Source of the DNA: Craspedostauros australis
Taxonomy: Eukaryota
Length of the DNA stretch: 64,000 nt
Assembly: GCA_030167865.1 (NCBI GenBank)
Contig: JALAGF010004837.1
Coordinates: 186,001 to 250,000, forward strand
Direction of reading: 5' to 3'
The notes beneath the pieces are model-generated. The model ran no database searches, was not told the origin of the DNA, and saw only the letters and a list, made by a program, of their open reading frames with translations. The first letter of the stretch is position 1; every line of letters begins with the position of its first letter. Of this stretch, positions 59,190 to 64,000 are shown in pieces. A program made the position numbers and the translations under genes.

Positions 59190-59795
59190 CGTGCAGCAAA
59201 CGCAAAGAGCTCAAGGCGTTGCTGTGGATGTGGATGTGGATGCACGTTGGCGCCTAATTTGTTTGGTTGTGACGTCCCTGGCTGTTGTCACAATGTACAA
59301 ATGAAACGTATTTCCTTGTGTCCGTGTGCTGTGGGTGAACGCCACCGTGAATTGTGGTTTTGCGCACAATCGAACATCAAAAGATAGTGACGCCAAACGC
59401 AACAGGAACAACACAGGAACAAAATCTCAACGCGAAATGTGGCGCCAAAAGCGTGGTTGGCGGTAGCGAGAAACACAAGTATTGCCTGTCCGGATGTCCG
59501 ACTCAAGTCTGTCAGTTTGTTCGACGTGACGATGCCATGGCTGTCACACACTGTTGTTGTATGTGTCTGTCTACTACTACCACCTGTATGTTTGTCGTGG
59601 CTGTTTTCCCGCTTGATATCAATCAGTTTCTGCATTGTGCAAACCACGATTGGCAGTGTGTTTGTCTTCGCAATCATCGACACCTGCACATCTGCATTGT
59701 TTGCTTCTGCGACTGAAATTGAGTGGTTGGAGAAGCGCAGCATGATTCTTGCCACGAGCATCATTATGCTATTACATATTATCGCATCACAGATT

Positions 59796-61676
59796 TTATG
59801 GATCTTCCCAATCTCCAGACGCAATCAAAGATGTACCTCCTTCAGCATCATCTTCGGCGTCGGAGCCATCGTCATGTTCGTCCTTCTGCGTTGACTTGGC
59901 TGCTGCGGGAGCAACAATTTTGCCACCTCCATCAGCATCGTCGCCATCTTCATCGCCATCCATCCCAGTTCCCTTGGCCTCGTGGTTGTCCATCTCGTCA
60001 AGATTCTGCTTGACATTGTCAATTGCGGATTTCTTCTCATCATTGCTCTCGCCAGTCTCGGCATCGTCGGCCTTGGAAGATGCTGCCGCCGCCGGCGTCT
60101 CATCCTCCTTAAGTTCCGGAGGTGCGACGTAATGCGGCAGCCGACCTCGCTGGTAATCATTGATGAGCGTGATGGCTGCACTGCGTATGCATGGCTCGCC
60201 TCCCTTGAGCAGACGGCCGGCCTTGCGCGCGATCGTCTCCATCAGCTGCATCGCGGTTTCGAATCTGGATTCCTCCTTGCTGAGTTTGTACTGTCCAGCG
60301 ATGTGCTCCCGTTTGACGCCACGAACGATGTGCTCGATAAAGGCCTCTGGGTTCTCCAAGCGTTCTGCTCGCACGACTCCCTTGAGGACCGAATCGACCT
60401 CAGAGTCGCCGGCCGTATCCACGACGACACCGGGACAGTCGATGAGCGCGATGCGTTTGAAGAGGGTGACGTACTGCCAGATCTTGGTCTCGCCAGGGAT
60501 GGGAGCGACGTTGCAGCTCTTTTTGGAAATGAGGGTGTTGATGACGCTGGATTTGCCGACGTTGGGGTAGCCGACGACGCCCACGCTGATCTGCTTCTTA
60601 TCGTCGTGGAGCTTGCCGAATTGGCGCAGGATGTTGATCAATGCGCCCTTTCCGAAGGCGTGCGTGAGGGAGGCATGGAAGGCGATGGTGGGGCGGACCT
60701 TGGCCAGCTCTCCCATCCATCGCTTCGCCACCCAGTTGGGCACGAGATCGATCTTATTGAGGACGAAGACAAGGTGCTTGTGCGATGCGTTGTCCCGGAT
60801 GTGGCGCTCCACCATCATGCACCTGGTTCCAGGCACGTTGCGGGCATCGATGATGTGAAGCACGACATCGGAACAGTCGATGACCTTGAAGAATTCTCCC
60901 CAAATGCGCTTCGACTGCCCCTTGAGGAAGAGGTCGTCCTTGCGCTCGTATCTCCAGTCGACGTCCTCGCCTTCCTTCTTTTCGATGCTGGAATCGCGTC
61001 CCCACGGCACGATGCCCTCCCTCGTGTTGACGTCCTCGTAGGTTGCGTGCGATTTCTGCGCCACCTTGAGGAGGTTGGCGTAAGCGTCGCTCTCCTTGCC
61101 GCTGCCGATCGTCTTGACGACCGCCGACTGGCCTCCCCCGCCCGTTGCCTTCGACTTGCGACCCGACGACGACACCTCCGTCCTGGCCATCATGAGCTGG
61201 CCCAGCTTGACCTTCTTGCGGCGAGACTTGTTGCCGAAGGCATGCGAGAAGGGCTCCTGCTCCAGCAGCGCCTTGTTGGCCGGGTTCTCCTGCAGCGCCG
61301 CCTCCTGCAGCAGACCCATCGGCAGCTTCTTGCGCTTGAGCACGACGGAGTACGGATCGGCGACGGCCTCCGTCATCTCCTCGCGGAAGGTGTCGAGCTG
61401 CTTGGGATCCACGACGCGCGTGTTGCCGAACCAGCGGCGATCGGGCGCGATGCGACCCGTCTCGGCCGTGATCTTGCGGTCGCCGGCCCTGTCCTCCATC
61501 ATGAAGCTGCCGCCGACCACCCTGCCCTTCTTGTTGCGGATGGGCTTGGAGGTGTAGAGCTTGAGCCGGCGGATCTTGTCGGCGCTGCGGTGGCCGCCGC
61601 CGGCATTCTCGCGGCCCTTGCCGACCTTCGAGGATGCCCCCGTGCGCGGGATGGCGTTGGTTCTGTTCTTCGCCAT
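59796..61676 (-). CDS. NOG2: Nucleolar GTP-binding protein 2 (NOG2/GNL2), circularly permuted GTPase
   Basis: NGP1NT region (RIAPDRRWFGNTRV, KGQSKRIWGEFFKVIDCSDV), G4 LNKIDL, G1 GYPNVGKSS, G2 PIPGETK, G3 IDCPG. First ATG is at 61676. Confidence 0.97.
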   Translation of the reverse strand: MAKNRTNAIPRTGASSKVGKGRENAGGGHRSADKIRRLKLYTSKPIRNKKGRVVGGSFMMEDRAGDRKITAETGRIAPDRRWFGNTRVVDPKQLDTFREEMTEAVADPYSVVLKRKKLPMGLLQEAALQENPANKALLEQEPFSHAFGNKSRRKKVKLGQLMMARTEVSSSGRKSKATGGGGQSAVVKTIGSGKESDAYANLLKVAQKSHATYEDVNTREGIVPWGRDSSIEKKEGEDVDWRYERKDDLFLKGQSKRIWGEFFKVIDCSDVVLHIIDARNVPGTRCMMVERHIRDNASHKHLVFVLNKIDLVPNWVAKRWMGELAKVRPTIAFHASLTHAFGKGALINILRQFGKLHDDKKQISVGVVGYPNVGKSSVINTLISKKSCNVAPIPGETKIWQYVTLFKRIALIDCPGVVVDTAGDSEVDSVLKGVVRAERLENPEAFIEHIVRGVKREHIAGQYKLSKEESRFETAMQLMETIARKAGRLLKGGEPCIRSAAITLINDYQRGRLPHYVAPPELKEDETPAAAASSKADDAETGESNDEKKSAIDNVKQNLDEMDNHEAKGTGMDGDEDGDDADGGGKIVAPAAAKSTQKDEHDDGSDAEDDAEGGTSLIASGDWEDP

Positions 61677-62960
61677 GGTGGAGACTGCCAATAGACCTCG
61701 AGCGGTTAGTTGGGATGGTAGAGTAGGGTGGAGTAGAATGTGGATGTGGATGTGCTGGTAGTGTATGGACGTATTGTATAATACGTATTATTGTCAAGGC
61801 ATTGGTTGGAAGACCTCGGGGAAGAACAATGGCGGGAGGATGAATGTTCCACACATGAGCACTGGCATCATGAGCACAACGTGCTGCACCGCACCACACA
61901 ACAAAGACGACGAATTCGACACCACAGAAAATGAATGGCGACAAGTATCTCCGGGTCCTTTTCTACGACTAAGATAGGAAGACTAGATGATAGAATCACT
62001 CATTGAGCCTATGCATATGAGACAAGATAAAGCACTTCGTGAGCCCGTGTGCGCGCTTCCACTGTTGTTTGTCTGTCGAGTCTGGGATTGGAGATGAATC
62101 ACGAAGATTTTTCGGACTTATCGACTTGAGGCTGCATTGACATTAATGTGATAACGGTTGCGAAGCTAAACGAAGGAGTGTGACACAATCTGCATAATGG
62201 CACTGTTGGTTGAGCAGGATCTGAATCACGATTTGCATGCCACAAGATCGATTCGCACAGACTGGGTTGTCTTGGTTGACGCAGACGCGCACAAAGTCAA
62301 CGAGAACACGAACGCGTGACGCGTTTTGTTGGTGTGCTTCAAGGTGAGTGAGTGCTGTCATCTCTTGCTGGTTCGTGTGTCGGTTCTGCTCTCCTCGAGT
62401 TCAGCGCCATTTCTCCACACCATCGATCGCGTTGGGAGCAGAGACACTCCCACCAGTGCGCATCAAGTGGCGAAACGAAAGGAGGGGGAGAAGGACGAGG
62501 AGAGACGTTGGTTCAGCCCCTTCCCTGCTCCTCTTCCCCTTGTCCCTCTTGGGTGCGCGGTCGTTGAGCTTTGTGGTCTCCCATGGTTGCGGGAGTTTGC
62601 CCGATCACAAAGAACTGAAGACCACCACTATCTCTCTCTCTCTCCATCCATCCATCCGTCAACCACTCCACAAGCACACCGCAAGCACGCCACGATCACG
62701 GATCACAGCGTCATCCCAAGCAAACAGTTTGGACCCACCGACAGGGCACTGACGACAACAAGCAGCACCAACGACTAAGAGGGCCAAAGAACATTCCCAT
62801 CACCAAAAACATCCCTGGAAAGCGAAGTCTGGTTGGTCCCAAAAGAAACAGAACGGAGAGTGCAGAATAGAGCAGCAACGACAGCAACGACAGCAACGGC
62901 AGAAGGGGCACGAGCCACGATTTACCAGCAACGAGTCATTCCCACAAATAAACACGAAGG

Positions 62961-63981
62961 ATGACGATGAGACTGAAGATGAGAGGCTATTCAACGAACT
63001 TCATGCTTCCCACCCTCGCGGAGGAGACGGATCTCAAGATGCCAGGGAAGACCCCCGCGCCGCAGAAGGAGGACCGGAGGAGAGTCCAGTTCAACATGGA
63101 GCCCACGGTGCACCCCGTCGAGCATCTCAACGATATCTCCGACAGACAGATCCAGGCGGTGTGGATATCGTTCGACGAAATGGCGGCCATCAAACAGAGC
63201 TACGCGAACATCGTCAAGATCATGATGAGGTTGAGAGAGCAGTTCGTTGAAGACCTTGGCAAAGGAATATGCGCAAGAGGGTTAGGTACGTGCGAGATCT
63301 GCTTCACCTCTCTTGCGTCAATCGTGTCGCTCGTGTCGCCCATTCCGTTGGTGCCGTTGGTGTTGCTCGTGGTGCTCCTACCCTGCGTGCAACGTCACCT
63401 GTCCCTTCCTTGGCATCTATTGGTGGTCCGCCTTCTGCTGCTGTTGCGACATCGAAAAGAGAACACGATGTGCCATGCGTGTGGCTGACTCGCAATCATG
63501 CGCCATATCTTCGTCCATGCACATCTCACCAACACACGTGTATGAACTTGTATCGTATGGCGTCGCATCGCACTCGTTCCCACGCTGACCACTCTATTCC
63601 TGCTCTTGCACCTCTCGCTACCGACCGCCTGCTTTCACTTCAATCGCTCGATCACTCAACCACCCCCCGTTCGCAGAATTCCGCACACGAGAAGCTTCGA
63701 AACGACGCAAACGCAACAAAACAGCAGCGATACATGCTGTCCTCGACGAGCAGGAGATCCAGGACGAGGATGGCATTCATGATCCAGTGTTCATCGCAGA
63801 AGTGTATCGGGCTGTCACGGCACCTGTTCGGCAAGCAGCGAGACAACGCGGGCTCAAGGATGAGCTTGACATGATCTCATCCCTGCCCAAGCCACTGCGA
63901 GAAGAGAAACTGAAGGTGCTGTGCAGAAGCACCAGCCTGGATGTTCCCAGCTATCCCAAGCGCCGCACCAGTTTGGAGTAG
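62961..63981 (+). CDS. Uncharacterised protein of about 209 aa with an RVxF motif, resembling a family I recall as expanded in diatoms. Exons 62961..63285 and 63677..63981.
   Basis: RRVQF...VWISFDE...CARGL|EFRT...AVLDEQEIQ...IAEVYRAVT...ARQRGLKDE. Intron 63286..63676 (GTACGT...CAG) restores RGLE in frame. Start is ambiguous (62961, 62967, 62979 or 63003). Confidence 0.8.
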
Positions 63982-64000
63982 CGTAGGTGTTCTTTCAAAT

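Noticed and set aside
59982-61694. 570-aa + strand ORF antisense to NOG2, plus the 396-aa alternative-frame ORF at 60754..61944
   Set aside because: Shadow ORFs expected from GC-rich third codon positions; no recognisable motifs.
1-64000. CRISPR array, transposon, introner family, selenoprotein or recoding signal
   Set aside because: No repeat-spacer arrays, transposase or RT motifs, terminal repeats or mutually similar introns were seen; every ORF break is explained by a canonical intron.

Overview
Gene-dense eukaryotic nuclear DNA, almost certainly from a diatom. Evidence: GT-AG introns with GTACGT/GTAAGT/GTGAGT donors, a silicanin-1-family gene, and an ASAFAP-type plastid presequence. The species cannot be determined from the sequence. 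I reconstruct 17 protein-coding genes and 15 introns of 215-633 nt; every splice join was checked by hand for frame. Recognisable genes: organellar IF2 (5'-truncated), a TMEM87/GOST 7TM protein, Cnx1/gephyrin-like Mo-insertase, silicanin-1 family protein, GH81 beta-1,3-glucanase, HYPK, ankyrin-TRP-like channel, ABHD/YheT hydrolase, USP5/13, histidine phosphatase, BASS/SLC10 transporter, UTP20 and NOG2. Four genes encode proteins I cannot assign to a characterised family, and they are the most interesting part: (1) a 1956-aa protein built from four different repeat arrays and ending in WH2-like/RGG repeats; (2) its divergent neighbour with THAP-like, BAR-like and PH-like regions; (3) a plastid-targeted protein with six RPxD-GPLG helical repeats; (4) an RVxF-bearing small protein. 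Also notable are a degenerate MogA-like domain on Cnx1, a ZnF-UBP that has lost its zinc ligands, and an extra post-S6 hydrophobic segment in the channel. I found no tRNA, rRNA, CRISPR array or transposon. All family calls rest on motif recognition; no searches were run.
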